A program made the translations under genes and the position numbers. Below the pieces are notes generated by a model. The model did not search any database. It saw nothing but the letters and a program-made list of their open reading frames with translations, and was not told the DNA's origin. 62,566 nucleotides of DNA, taken from positions 62,001-124,566 of the forward strand of contig QPGO01000207.1 in the NCBI GenBank assembly GCA_008632985.1, written 5' to 3'. Of this stretch, positions 25,801 through 37,922 are shown piece by piece. Each line of letters opens with the position of its first letter. Position 1 is the first letter of the stretch. The stretch comes from Psammoneis japonica (Eukaryota).

Positions 25801-28598
25801 AAAGAGCTGTGGCTGGACCATTTTTGTTTCAATGACTTGTCCACAACCAAGTGTGGCTTTGTTGACACCACTGCTTGGCAAGATCCTGTCAAGCCACTCC
25901 AAGAGGCCACAGATTGTGGAACTGCAGCTTCCCACCCATGCCTCCATGCAGGTGTTGACTGGGCAAATCCCACTGGATTGACTTGCCGCCAATCCTCAAG
26001 CCTTGTCAATCTTGCTTGCAAGCACCACTCCATCACATGCAACACTGGAGCCTCCCTGGCAATGCTCCTGATGTGAATGACTTCACCAGACCCCTGCAGA
26101 TCCCAGACAGTCCACTCAAGCTTGGTGGCATGGCTGATGGGATGACCATTGCCGGTGTTGGACCCACATCATGGTCACTTGCAATGCTGATGGCTCCAAA
26201 CTTGTTGTCAAGATGATGGTGCATCATGCACCCAAGGCTGAGCAATGCCTCCTGTTGCCCCAATGCCTGTTCAGCAAGAAGCATGGCACCTTGGAAAGCA
26301 TGGACAGTGATGAGGATTCGTTCAACCACCACCTGCCTTCACTCCTCCCAAACCTGCTCCTCTGACAACACCAACAATGCCAGAACCTCCTCCTGCCACT
26401 CTTCCAGAGGGAGCTCCTCCTCTGCACCATTCAAGTTGATCCAACAAGGGAAAGATGCAGTCTAAAAGGTTTGTGGACAAAATCTTCTTCCCTCCAATTG
26501 ACCCAAAAGACATGCCACATGGGACTCTGCAGCGCAGTTGGCACATCATCCAGCAACTCTGGACACCTGCATTAATTTGCAGACCTGCAATGTTGATGAT
26601 CCCAAGGTGTGTGCAACTGCCAAGAAGCAAACAGACCCTGACATGCTGTCATCTCTGCATGAAGCCATGCGCAGTCACAAGGCCAACATCAAATGGACCA
26701 AGGCTGTGAAATCAAGATCAATGCACTGCTCCACTGTCGTGCATGGGACATGGCACCAAGGACCAACAATGTGATGTGTTGCCAGGTGCATGGGCTTTCA
26801 AGCTTGAAAAACTCCCTGATGGTGCACCCTTGAAGCACAAAGACTGGCATTGTGTGTTTGGTGTTCATGGTGATTTGCAGAAACAAGGTGTTGATTTTTT
26901 GAGACCTGTGCACCATTTGCACAATGGCCATCAATTTGGCTTCTCCTTACAACAGCACTCAAAGAAGGTTGGACCACTTGTAGAGTGGACCATGCTGCTG
27001 TCTTTTGCCAAGCTGACATCAAGGAGAAAGTCCATGCAGAGCCTCCTGAGGGTTTTCAGCCAAGATCAGGTGCCGACTTGGTGCAAAAATTGTTGAAAGG
27101 CCTGCACAGACTCCACCAGTCTCCCAACTGCTTCTGTGAAAAGATGCACAATGGATCACTTAAAAGAGGATGGACTCCATCTGCCTCTGACCCTTGTCTT
27201 TATTTTGAGAAGGGCACGCTGCTGTGCATGGCACATGTTGATGATGCTGTGTTGCTGGTGCATCAGCTGAAGAAGCTGAGATTGCCAAATCGGGCATCTC
27301 CAACAATGAACAATGCCATGTCTTTGACCTGCATGATGAAGGCAAAGTTGGTGACTTTTTGGTCATCAAGATCCAGATGCTTGAGGATGGCCGATTCCTG
27401 CTGACCCAACCTGGCCCAGTTGAGAAAGCACTGCACACCACCAAGATGGAAAACTGCAATGGAGCTTCTGCTCCTGCACTTCCAGCACCTGTCAGCAGTG
27501 ATTCTGAAGGCCCGACTTTCAATGAGCCTGATGACCATCACTCCATGGTCAGCATGTTGATGCATCTAGCGTCTGACAGCCACCCAGACATTGCCTGTGC
27601 TGCTCACCAAGTTGCTCAGTTCTCCTTTGCTCCCAAGGCCTCACATGCTGTTGCTGTCAGCCAAGTGTGTTCTCTGTTGCTTGAAGGATGCTGCTGACAA
27701 GGGTCTCATCCCAGCACCCACTGTGGATGATTGGCCAGACTGTCATGTTGATGCTGATTTTGTGGGACTCTTCAGCATTGAAGATGGACAAAACCCTGCT
27801 TCTGTCAAGTCACACACCGGACATGTTGTTTGTCACACCAGATGTCCCATCATCTGGGTGCCCAAGCTGCACACCCTGGCAGCACTCTCTGTGATGGAAG
27901 CCAAGCACATCACCTCTCCAAGCAATTTGCACCCTTGTTTCCCGGTGCAAGATCTTGAAAGAAATCAACACAAATCTCTTCACACAGCTGGATGCTTGGA
28001 ACAAGGTGACCACCCACTTCAAGACCTTCCCACTGGCCAATGACAGCACCAATGCCTCACCCCATGCCAACCTGCCAGCAGCTGTTGTGTGTGAAGACAA
28101 TGCTGCTTGTCTCCAACTTGCACATGTGCCAGAATTGTTCCCACAAACCAAGCACACATTGGCATTCCATGCTGCCATTTTTGTGCTGAGGTTGAAGCTC
28201 TGGAAATCAAGATTGGGCCTGTCAGCTCTGCTGCACAGCTTGCTGACCAGTTTGCAAAAGGGTTGGCTGTTGATCTGTTCTGCATTGGTCTTCAAGCCCT
28301 CATGGGCTGTGACTGGGTGGCTCTCCTTCTTTTTTCAGTTGAGAGGGAGAGTCACAAGTCAACAACTGTTGAGTCTGATTCACCAATGATGCCCTGGTCA
28401 TGGATCTCAATTTCCAGAAGAAATGTCCGTTGAGTCTTCTGGCAAAAGTGATTGGAGAAACACTCACAACCATCAGGTCAAAATGTCATCTCGGGTCAAC
28501 CATGAGATCTTCTCACAACTTGCATCTTTGGCATGTCTCATTGTCTCTTGCTGTGATTGTCATCCTCTGTGTTGCATTGCACAACCTCAAGAGAGGCA
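22828..28598 (+). mobile_element. Older degenerate Ty1/Copia element; LTRs ~22828-23074 and ~28350-28598; integrase apparently deleted
   Basis: Diverged ~250-bp direct repeats and a PPT gttgagagggag before the 3' LTR. Relic motifs are CNTGAS (protease, ~26040), VLPGAWAFK (26775), AHVDD (YVDD, ~27232), HVDADF (27744), CEDNAAC (28089) and QLADQFAKGL (28237). Confidence 0.85.
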
Positions 28599-30099
28599 AC
28601 CCCTTTGCTGTCTTTGCAGCTGGTTACATCCTGAGTGTGCATGGCTGGTTTTTGTGGGTTAAACTTGCTGCATTTTCTTGAAAATCTTCCTCAAAAGCAT
28701 GGGATGAGTCTGGGGCATCAAAATGGCCTGCAAACAAATCTGCAATGTCTGTCTGTTGAACATGTGTCCCCAGAGGAGAGGAAGGTTCTTGGGGGAACAT
28801 TCCACTGCTCATTCTGGCAATGCAGCAGGATCCATCATGCTGGTGGAAGCAGTTTTGCCCAAAAAATTGTGCAAAAAATGCCATGCTTTCAGCAAGCTGC
28901 ACTGCTCAATGACAAAACATCACTTGAAGATAATCAAAGAGTAGAAATGTGTGTTTTTGAGTGCAGAAAATTTGTTGCTGCAGTCATTTGGGGCTTTGAA
29001 CTGACTCAACTGGAGATGGTCACTGAGTCAAAAATTTTGACACCAAGTGTGGTGCTTAAATTCACAGAAACACCAAGTGTGGTGCTTGTCTCTGATTGGC
29101 ACTAACTTGAAGCAACTGACAAAGAGCAAGAAAATGTGGTGGCTGCATTGACTTAATCTGAAAAGCAAGAGAGTTGCCCACACATTTGTCACATGACCCC
29201 CCCCCCACCTTCAATCCAGCATCCCCCAAATGCTCTTGTGTGTCAATGTCTTCTGACACTTCTCATCACTGTGACATTGGGCAGATGCTGACATCACACT
29301 CTGCCCAGTTCCTGATTGTCCTGTGCTCTCATCCAACTTGTTTTTTGTTTGTTGCCACTTCTGCTGGCACACGGTGTTGATTTGATCATTTTTTGTTGCA
29401 TGGTGCACAGTTGGCCTGTGAATGTTCTCCATGCCTTTGCTGGGGCATGCTCATCAGTTGTGCCACATCTGCATGTTCAAAGTCCAAGTTTTGCATTGGT
29501 CAAACACAACATCAAGAACAGCTGCTTTCTTGTCAAAAGTGTGCATGGATTTTGCAGGTGAGCTGACTCCTTTTTGCATTGATGGCAAACCCGGTGAGTT
29601 TGTTTCCAAATTTCACCACACCTTGGTTGAGTTTCCTCTCTGAGAATGACTTCAATTAGAATGCTGTGCATCATGCTCTCTTGAAAAAAGCACACATCAC
29701 ATGGGCACTTTCTCCAATCTCCTGAAAGAGCTGGTGTGCATCTGTTGAAACAATGGGCAGGTTCAGTCAAACAACAACTCAACAAGCGCTGTTGTTTGGA
29801 TCAGCAACTTGGGCTCTGTCTTCTTGATCTCTCAATTGCTTGGAGCACTTCCACCATGCTGGCTGACAAAGGGTTTGACTTGTGGTTGATGACAAAGGTG
29901 GTGGGGAGATGCTCACTTGGTGTGTGTGGTGTGCGGTGCATGATGAGAAATGCTGTGCTGGCTTTTGCAAGTTCACAATGCAGCTGGGCAAAAAAGTGCA
30001 TGTGTGAGATGCACAGACATCAGGATGACCACTTTCCAGTCATGAGAGCCTTGGTGTTTTCATTGCACTGGGGGTTGGAGATCCTCAGAAGCAAGAGAC

Positions 30100-32450
30100 G
30101 GGCCTCGCAGAGCTTCCCCAGAGCCATGCTCAAGAACCTTTGAGGCCATTTTTTGGCAAATGATGACACCAAACACAATGAAAAAGATGCCAGTGGGATC
30201 AGAGGTGCACAAATCGTCTGTTGTCATTTGCACATGTGCACTCGCACACTCAGTGCGCGCACGAATGACAAAACGATGAGGTGGATCACGCGGTGCTTCC
30301 GGCTGTCACGACGTGCCACACCTGGCAGGAGGAAAACTGGATGAAGGCCTCTTGTGGAAGCAGCCGAGGTTGTTGACTTTGTCAACCAATTCAGACAAGG
30401 CACTGCAATGGGAAACAAAGAGATCAAGGACATGCTGATGAGGACACAAGCTCATAGAGACTCAAAAGAAGGCCACCATGATCTCGGGATTTTGAAAGTG
30501 ACCTCTAAGATGACAAACAACCACATGACATTGGCAGCTTGCATCATCCCAACCACCCTCACAGAACAAGCTGTTGTCAAATCGGAGGTCTGTGAGGTTG
30601 CTGAAAAATCCCTTTGAAGCACAGCCGCTTTCTTGATGGTTGCTGCCACCACCATGTTTGAAATTGGCAAGCTCCAGACTGGTCGCTCACCAGTCACCAA
30701 GGCAACTCAAGGGGCACAAACCTTCAAGCGTGTTGCTTCCCAATGCTGTGGTGGCCTGTCAGTCTGCCCCTTGCACTCTCATGACATTCATTCCACCGAT
30801 GACAGTGGACTTCATTTTGTCTCCAAGGTGACAGAACAAGGATGCAGCTGGAGAATGCCAAGCATGATGGTGAGGATGCAAGCACTCGATCAAAGTACAA
30901 GCAGTGCAGCAAGAGCTCTCTGATTGGACAACAGGTCCAATTTGCCTGGACTGCAATGGCAGATGGCACCGTGGCATCTCCATGTGTCTCCATTCTTGGA
31001 CTGAATGACAGAGAGCTGCCCAAGGAAACCTGTCCAAGCAGTGTGCCAGTCATTTCACTGAAAGGGACAGCCATTGGAGGGTCCGACTCAAGTGACACAT
31101 CAGTTGGTTGAGTTGCATTTGTCCGCAAGGGGGGGCACCAAGACAACAAACTTCAAAAATTGCCGCAACACCGTGTGCCGTCCATGTGTCGAGTCAAAGC
31201 GCAATTTGTTGGAGGGAGTGCCAATGCCAGAAGATGAAAATGCTGTGGGGTGGCAAGATGGTGGTGGTCCTCAGCTGAAGGTGATCACAGCTGAAGAGTC
31301 GATGGAGAAGGATGAGGAAATGAACCTCACAGCAAACAAGCACTCTGCAAGCAGAAGCGCTGCTGATCAGTGCGCTGACCTCATGAGGATTTTTGCTCTC
31401 ATGCACGTGGAACACAAGAAACTTGCTGCCAAAAAGCTCCCCATGATCGGTCACAAGAAACATGTTCATCATGTCTTCCATGAATTGCAGACATCCAGTC
31501 AATCAATCTGTCCAAAGACAAGCTCAATTCTGTGATGGATCTGATCATCTGTGTGTCCGAAATCTAAACCAAGTCTGTCACTCCCACTCGCATTCATGAT
31601 GGCTTTATTGCTGCTGGTGCCATTGACTCAGAAACGCTCGAATGGCCAGACTTCAACATGATTCTTGCAATGCTTTGGCGCAAGATAACATGGCAAGAAG
31701 TTGAGTTGATCAAGAATTCATTTAAGGTGATGATGGATGTGCAGTCAATGTTTGGCAAGGTGCCTGAGACACTCTTTGATGAACTCTGATTTCCTGAGGA
31801 CGAGGCTGCCAATGGCACAAAGTGACCAAGACGTTCTGAGTCCAACGTTCACTCCCACACCATGCATCTGTCAGCAGACAAAGTGCAAAAGGCAAGAGTT
31901 GAGAAGATGCTTCTAGAGGCAAGGAAAATGCAAGGTTGTCTTGAGCAAGAGAATCTTGCCATCATCAAGCTCCTGGCTCTCAACAAAGAAGTTGAGGACA
32001 AGCCACCAGCAGACTGAATGACAGCAATGCACCAGCATCTCTCTCAAAGCTTTAAAGCTCCCCAGTTGGCAGCCTTCATCCATGCGCGTCTCTTTGTCAT
32101 GGGAAAGAAGCCAGGGAATGCTGAGTGAAATGGCATGAAGTTCAAGAATGTGAACAAAGGCACACCGGGGATGGCAGAGATGGGAGAGGACAATCTCTTG
32201 ACATGCACCAAGTTGTTGCTCAACGATCCTGTTGCATTGAAGAAAAAGGAGCCAGAGAGCACAGAAGATGAACAGAGTGACATCAACTGCACTCCATCTC
32301 TCATTGACACAACCAATGCAAATGAACCAGGAGCCATGGATGCACAGTCGAAGGGCAATGACCTGTCAGGGGATGAATGCTGGATGTCTTCTGTCAAAGA
32401 AGAGATCCATGGTGCAATGTTTCCATCTGGAACAATCGACCCCACTCTCC
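30100..32450 (+). mobile_element. Degenerate transposase-like relic, possibly pogo/DDE_1 family
   Basis: Collinear ORF pieces containing WQDGGGPQL and KHSASRSAADQCADL, resembling the D..G and P..T...QPLD segments of DDE_1 transposases. Many stops. Confidence 0.35.
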
Positions 32451-33559
32451 CTGGTCATGTTGATTGCCTTGTGTCACATCTGCACCTTTGCCACTCAGTG
32501 GTTGGTGATTGCAGACTTTTTTGTGTTGGTCGGGCAGTCGGGGGGGTCAGGCAGTTGGGGGGTTGGGCAGTTGGGCAGTCAGTCCATCCAAATTAGAAAG
32601 TGTGTCTCTCTGATTTTGGAACGGCATGGGTTGTTTAGTGCAAATGCATTGTTTGGATTTGCAGGATGATCATTGAGGACATTAGAGGTCATGGGGACAT
32701 CCTAAAAAATTGGCAAATTCCCTGCAATGGGTGCGTGGAACTGTTTTTTAGGAGAGCTTGACAGTGCTGTAAAATTGGGATTGCCGGCATGCCACATTCA
32801 CGAATGTGTGCAGCTTTGAACAAAGACAATTCATTGTGAATTGCACATGAAACAGTCACATTAGAAAAACACATTGAACAACAAGTGAGTTTGTGTGATG
32901 TGCCATTTTGGTGACAAATTGGACAAAAAAAGTGTCCGTGCACCTTGCCACAGCCCCACAAATGGCATGAGCCATCAAATGTGATGGTCATCCGCATCAC
33001 CGGTGAGGTGGCCACACCACCTGGCACATGCATGCAGGCAATGAAGCATGCAACGGCACATGCTGTGCACACACACACAAAGAAAGACAAGTGGTCAATG
33101 CTCCTTGCAGGCCTGGTTTTTTCCTGACGTGCGTTTTTTCCACGCATGGTGGGGCAAAAAGTGGTTCGATCACCAAAATCTCACACAACAACATGATGCA
33201 TCATCAGCACATCACACAGCTCTCTTTCAAAAGCAGAGCTGTGACACCTTGACTTGCTGCTTCCTTCTGAATCTACAATGTCCGATTCATTTGTGATGGC
33301 AAGTAAAGTGCAGCAGAACTGTGGGTTGTGGAGAAAATGTGTGATTTAGACTTACGACCTCAGTGTTTTTTTTTTCTTTGTTGTTGCCGTCAGGTGTTTT
33401 GTCATTGGCTTCTCTCAGGATGAATTTTGCCCGGCATTTGTGCCTTCCCAGCATCAAACATCTCCCAAGTTACAACATGTCAAAGGGGTCCGGCAGTGTC
33501 ACAACTGCAGGTTGATTGAATCCAAACAGGTTTGGTTGCATGTCTTGTTTGAGTGATGC

Positions 33560-34100
33560 AAAATGGTGGGCAGTTCTCACAAGCTTGTTTTTCTCTGTTG
33601 TCACAGTTTGTGGTTTGAGCAAATCAAAGCAACACTCTCATGGACTCTGTTTTCCATTTGTTGCGCCATTGCCACAGGAAGTGTCTGTCAGTTGATGGGT
33701 CTGAATTGGGTTGGTTTCAATTGTTGTTTGGGTGAAACAAAACAGCACTCAGTTCTCATGTGCTTGCACTCTCTGCTTTTTACAGTTCAAGGCTTGGATG
33801 GCTGCATGTCAAAGAATTGTTGCACTCTCACAGGCTCCATTGTCTGTTTGTTGTGTCATTGTCACAGGAAGCATCTGTCAGTTCATTCAATCCAAATTGC
33901 TTGGGTTGCATCGGGTGTTTGGATGATGATGATTCACAATGGTGCACAGAGCCCCATGTCTCATGAGCTCATGTTTTCTCCACTTTGTAACAAGAGTGTG
34001 TGGTTTGGACAGCATGTGGAAGATAAACTCTCACGGACTGTGTTGTTTGTTTCTTGCACCATTGCCACAGGCATTGTCAATGGACCTGCTCCAATTGAAG
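33560..34100. repeat. Diverged tandem repeat, about 3 copies of ~195 bp
   Basis: actctca..g.ct....t.t...tt.ttg..cattg.cacagg recurs near 33633, 33824 and 34028. Confidence 0.55.
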
Positions 34101-35908
34101 CTGGATGAACTGTCGTGTGTGCATGCATGGCAGTGTCAGTGTCTGCAGTTTTCCATCCTTTTTGTGGATGAGATGGGACAGCCATTTGTTGCTTCTTAAC
34201 AATGTGTGGCAATGAACAGCAAGGCAAGATTGAAAGGTGCATCATTGTTGTTGCTCTCCTTTGCCAACATCCTCTTTTTTGTTCACCCGTTTCACCACCA
34301 CCTTCAATCCCTCCCACAATGCAACATCCATGGCTTTTGATGCCTGCTCTGACAATGAACCACCCTTTCTTTCCACAAAGGTGTTGGACCATGCACTCCA
34401 TGATTTTTTTGTGAACAGCAGTCTTGTTCTCTTTGCAGCAGCTGGAGGAGTCAAAAGTGGCTCGCGCAAACAATCGTCATTGTCGCCAACACAGAGCTGG
34501 TCCTTGTCAGACTTTAAGAGTTTTTGCAATGACTTCAACCTGCCCCAGACTGTCCTCAAATTGTTTGACACTCTTGATGCTTTGCTCTCCAGATTCTGAT
34601 GAGAACAGTGGCCATGTTGGGTTGACGGGTGAATCTCATCTAGAGACTTAGACCACCTCCTGGTTTTATGACGTTTTGCAGATCTGTCATGCACAACACA
34701 GCCCTCACAGCTTCCATGGTCTGTTCTCCTTTTTTGGACAATGGAAAACATGGTGCAAGCAGTCAAGTGGTCGCATTGAGCATGACACTGACACGGACAC
34801 AGGTGCACTTGCATGTTTTGATTGTTGCGGCCAAGAGGGAACATGTCCTCTTTGTTGCAATGCTCGCAACACAGCTTCAAAATGGCAAGAGTTTCTGGAT
34901 GGCACCTGAAGTCACTCTCCTTCTTGTCATCTGACTCATCAGCTCCATTCAAAATTGCCTTGCACACAGCACTCAATGGGCAATGGGTGGCACCAATGGA
35001 CCGGTCCATGCTGGAACAACATGCTCATCAGCACTTGCATCATCTCCTTCATCATCCACTGCTGCTGACAATCTTGTGATTTCCCGAGCTGTCCTCTCTG
35101 AAGTGAAAGAATCAATGATGCCTTGGACATCCTTTCTTGATGCCAACGGCACTTGTGTGTGTCCGTGTTTGTTGTCCAAAGCAGCACTTTCATCCACGAC
35201 AACATGTTCACAATCATGCGCACAATGCCCATGCTGTGGGCAGCATCTGCATCCATGGGAGCGGCAATGTTGCCAAATGTCCCTCCAACCCCAGGCAACA
35301 GCTCCAACTGAACATGCCCTCCATCATCTGCACTGAGGTGTGTGGACTGCCTCACTCCTGTCCTCTCCATCAATTTGAGGTAAAAAGAATGATGCCCCAC
35401 AATGACCAATTCACCTTTTCCTTTGAACCCCCCCAAGCAGACAAACAAATGATGCTCTCAATGCAACAGCAATTTCTTCATCCCATCTGGAGTGCGACAA
35501 TGACCCAACAATGGATGCAGCATTTGTGTGTCAAAACAGTGCTTTGCAATGTCGGCAAAGTGCTTTTTGCATTTGCTCCAATTGCATTGGTGCAGATCAC
35601 ATGCCAGCAACTGCAACCTTGGCATGTTGTGTGGAGCATCTGATGTCAGCACAAGTGATTGCGTTGTCGGGTGTGGCAGACTGTAGACACAAACTTGTCA
35701 TTTGGCATGCATTGCATCATGACAAATTTGGAAAAATTTGGAACTTTGCCCCACAAAAATTCTCTCGCGTGCAGCACATTGTGACAGAGGCTTTCGCAGC
35801 CCATCCACGTCCGCAAGCCACCTCATCGTTTTGTCGTTCACGCATTGATTGCATGCAAAGAAGCACACGCACAGATGACAAGACAATTTGTGCACCTCTG
35901 AGGTGCAA

Positions 35909-35968
35909 GTGTGTGTGTGTGTGTGTGTGTGNNNNNNNNNNNNNNNNNNNNNNNNNNNNNNNNNNNNN
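35909..35968. repeat. (GT)n microsatellite running into an assembly gap (N at 35932-35968)
   Basis: Seen directly. Confidence 0.95.
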
Positions 35969-37411
35969 GGTTTGTTTGGGTGATGCAAAGCAGTTGGTCA
36001 TGCAAACAGAAATTCAGCCCCAGAAAAAGTGCCAAGGTTTTGAGCTAAAAAAGTCTGCAATGACCACAAACAAGACAGGCTCAATTGACTCACAAAACAA
36101 TTGGAGGAAAATGGAAATCACAGCACAAGGCCAGGCAAGCTGGGAAAAAAAACCCCAGTGCAAAAAAGAGAGTGAGAGATCTTGAGAAAGATCTGGCCAC
36201 AGCTGTCCAATGGCGTCTGACAAACCCTCCATGAATGGCCTGTCTGTGTCCATGCACACATGGCAATCTGCTGACAGCCTCAACTGGAGAAAGGGTTTGT
36301 GCCACAGCCACATGCAGGGAGTTCATTTTGTTGGCTGAGCTTCCGCTCAAGGAAAGGCCAGCATGCTGCACTGTTGTGGGTTGAAGCACCCTGTTTCAGG
36401 AAACTTGACAGGATGAAAATGATCAAGTGGTGGGCAAGTGGATGCTGGTTGGCTCAACAGATGTTTTGCTTCTGTGTGCAGTGCTGTCGAGAGCTGGTGG
36501 TAGGCACAGAGAGTTTTCCTTTGAGACATTGTGCAACCTTCCAGCGTGTCTGGGCTCTGGATGATGGACTCAACAGCACAAGCTCTCTCTGGAAAAAACT
36601 TCAAAGGAAGTGTCAACATTCACACTCCAGCACTCTGGGGCCCTCTCTTGAGCAGGTGCAGCAGATGGAGAGGGCCCTCTGCTACGGTGGAGCAGCCCTC
36701 TCTCCACTGGACAGTGGATCTGCGGCACGGTGCACTGCATTGCATGGCCACAGGATGACGTCAGGTCCGTTTCGAGTGACCAGTCTACTCGATCGAACAC
36801 CCAAAAAAATAAGTACCGTACGCACCCACCCCGGGACTACCGGCACCGGTACATACATACAGTGACACCCTCATGACAACAGCTCGCCACCGTTCGCTAA
36901 TTACTTCTATGTCGCTTTCTACGTCAGAAAGCACGTCCTTATTTACTAAGCGACGTGGCAATAATTGAAAACATGCGCACTTCGATTCGCCGGCTTACGC
37001 ACAAACGGACGTTTAGCGGCGTCTTGATTTTGTTTTATTACAGATATGTAGTTTCGATATCTGACTTAAATTCCGATACGTTGAGTTGAGCTTTTGATGA
37101 CCCCAGCGGTGTCATCTTTTTGACAAGTTGACACCCCTCGAGCATTCTCAATCACACCCAAGGCAGGAAGAAGCGAGAAAGTTCACAAACCCCGCCAAAA
37201 TACTGCATGGCTCGTAGATGCTTCAGAGCATCATCTTAGTCCCAGTTTCTCACGTTCCTGACACCAATTGTGTCACGACTTACAACTCTCGTTTCAACGG
37301 ACCCGGGCATCAGTTCACTTTGTTCTCACAAACTTCACAAGATTGACAGGATCAAAGCTTCACGAAGTTCCCTCCCGCCTCAAAATATTTTCGTACACGT
37401 CTCATACAAAC

Positions 37412-37922
37412 ATGAAGCGAGTTCTAGTAACGCTTTCTCTGAGTTTCCTGGTTTCGTTGTTAAGTCAACAGGCAGAAGGATTTGCAACCCGAAATGCGTC
37501 TGGTGGCAGCACTTCCGAGTTGAGAGAAACTTCCAGGACAAGTCTGAACATGGCGTGGTCGATCCCGTCTCCAAGTTTTTCAGAGACAGCCTTTGACACC
37601 TCTGCTTTTGGAACGTGGTATAACGAAATCAATCCGACCGCCCGTACAATGGTTTACGATGAGTAAGAAAAGCATTATTTGTATTCTTCCGTTGTGAACA
37701 CAGACAACATTCGGAGGCCGTGTCAAGCACAGATGTTCTCACTTTGTTTTTCTTTTTCTGTCTATCAGTGCACCACTGGAGTACAGTTTTGTTTCACCAA
37801 GTGATGATTGGCCAAGCACTGTTGATCAGTCCCCTGGGGATGTGGAACAGACAGAAAGCCGCCCGCACCCGATACGTGCTCTACGCCGCGTCGCCGTTCG
37901 TGCCTTTCGAGGAAAGCGCTAG
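37412..37922 (+). CDS. Small (134 aa) putative plastid-targeted protein of unknown function; exons 37412-37662 and 37769-37922
   Basis: Hydrophobic signal peptide followed by AEG-FA and a Ser/Thr/Arg-rich transit peptide ending SLNM. GT-AG intron 37663-37768 with a pyrimidine tract gives ..WYNEINPTARTMVYDDAPLEYSF..RGKR*. Normal TA content. Confidence 0.75.

Noticed and set aside
21800..36800. Dense overlapping Cys/His/Gln/Trp-rich ORFs on all six frames
   Set aside because: These are a by-product of TAA/TAG loss and TG/CA enrichment, not real metal-binding proteins.
14330..36810. Classical RIP or plain CpG deamination as the explanation of the composition
   Set aside because: RIP generates TA, and CpG decay cannot turn Tyr codons into Cys/His. 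CpG decay is present as a second process.
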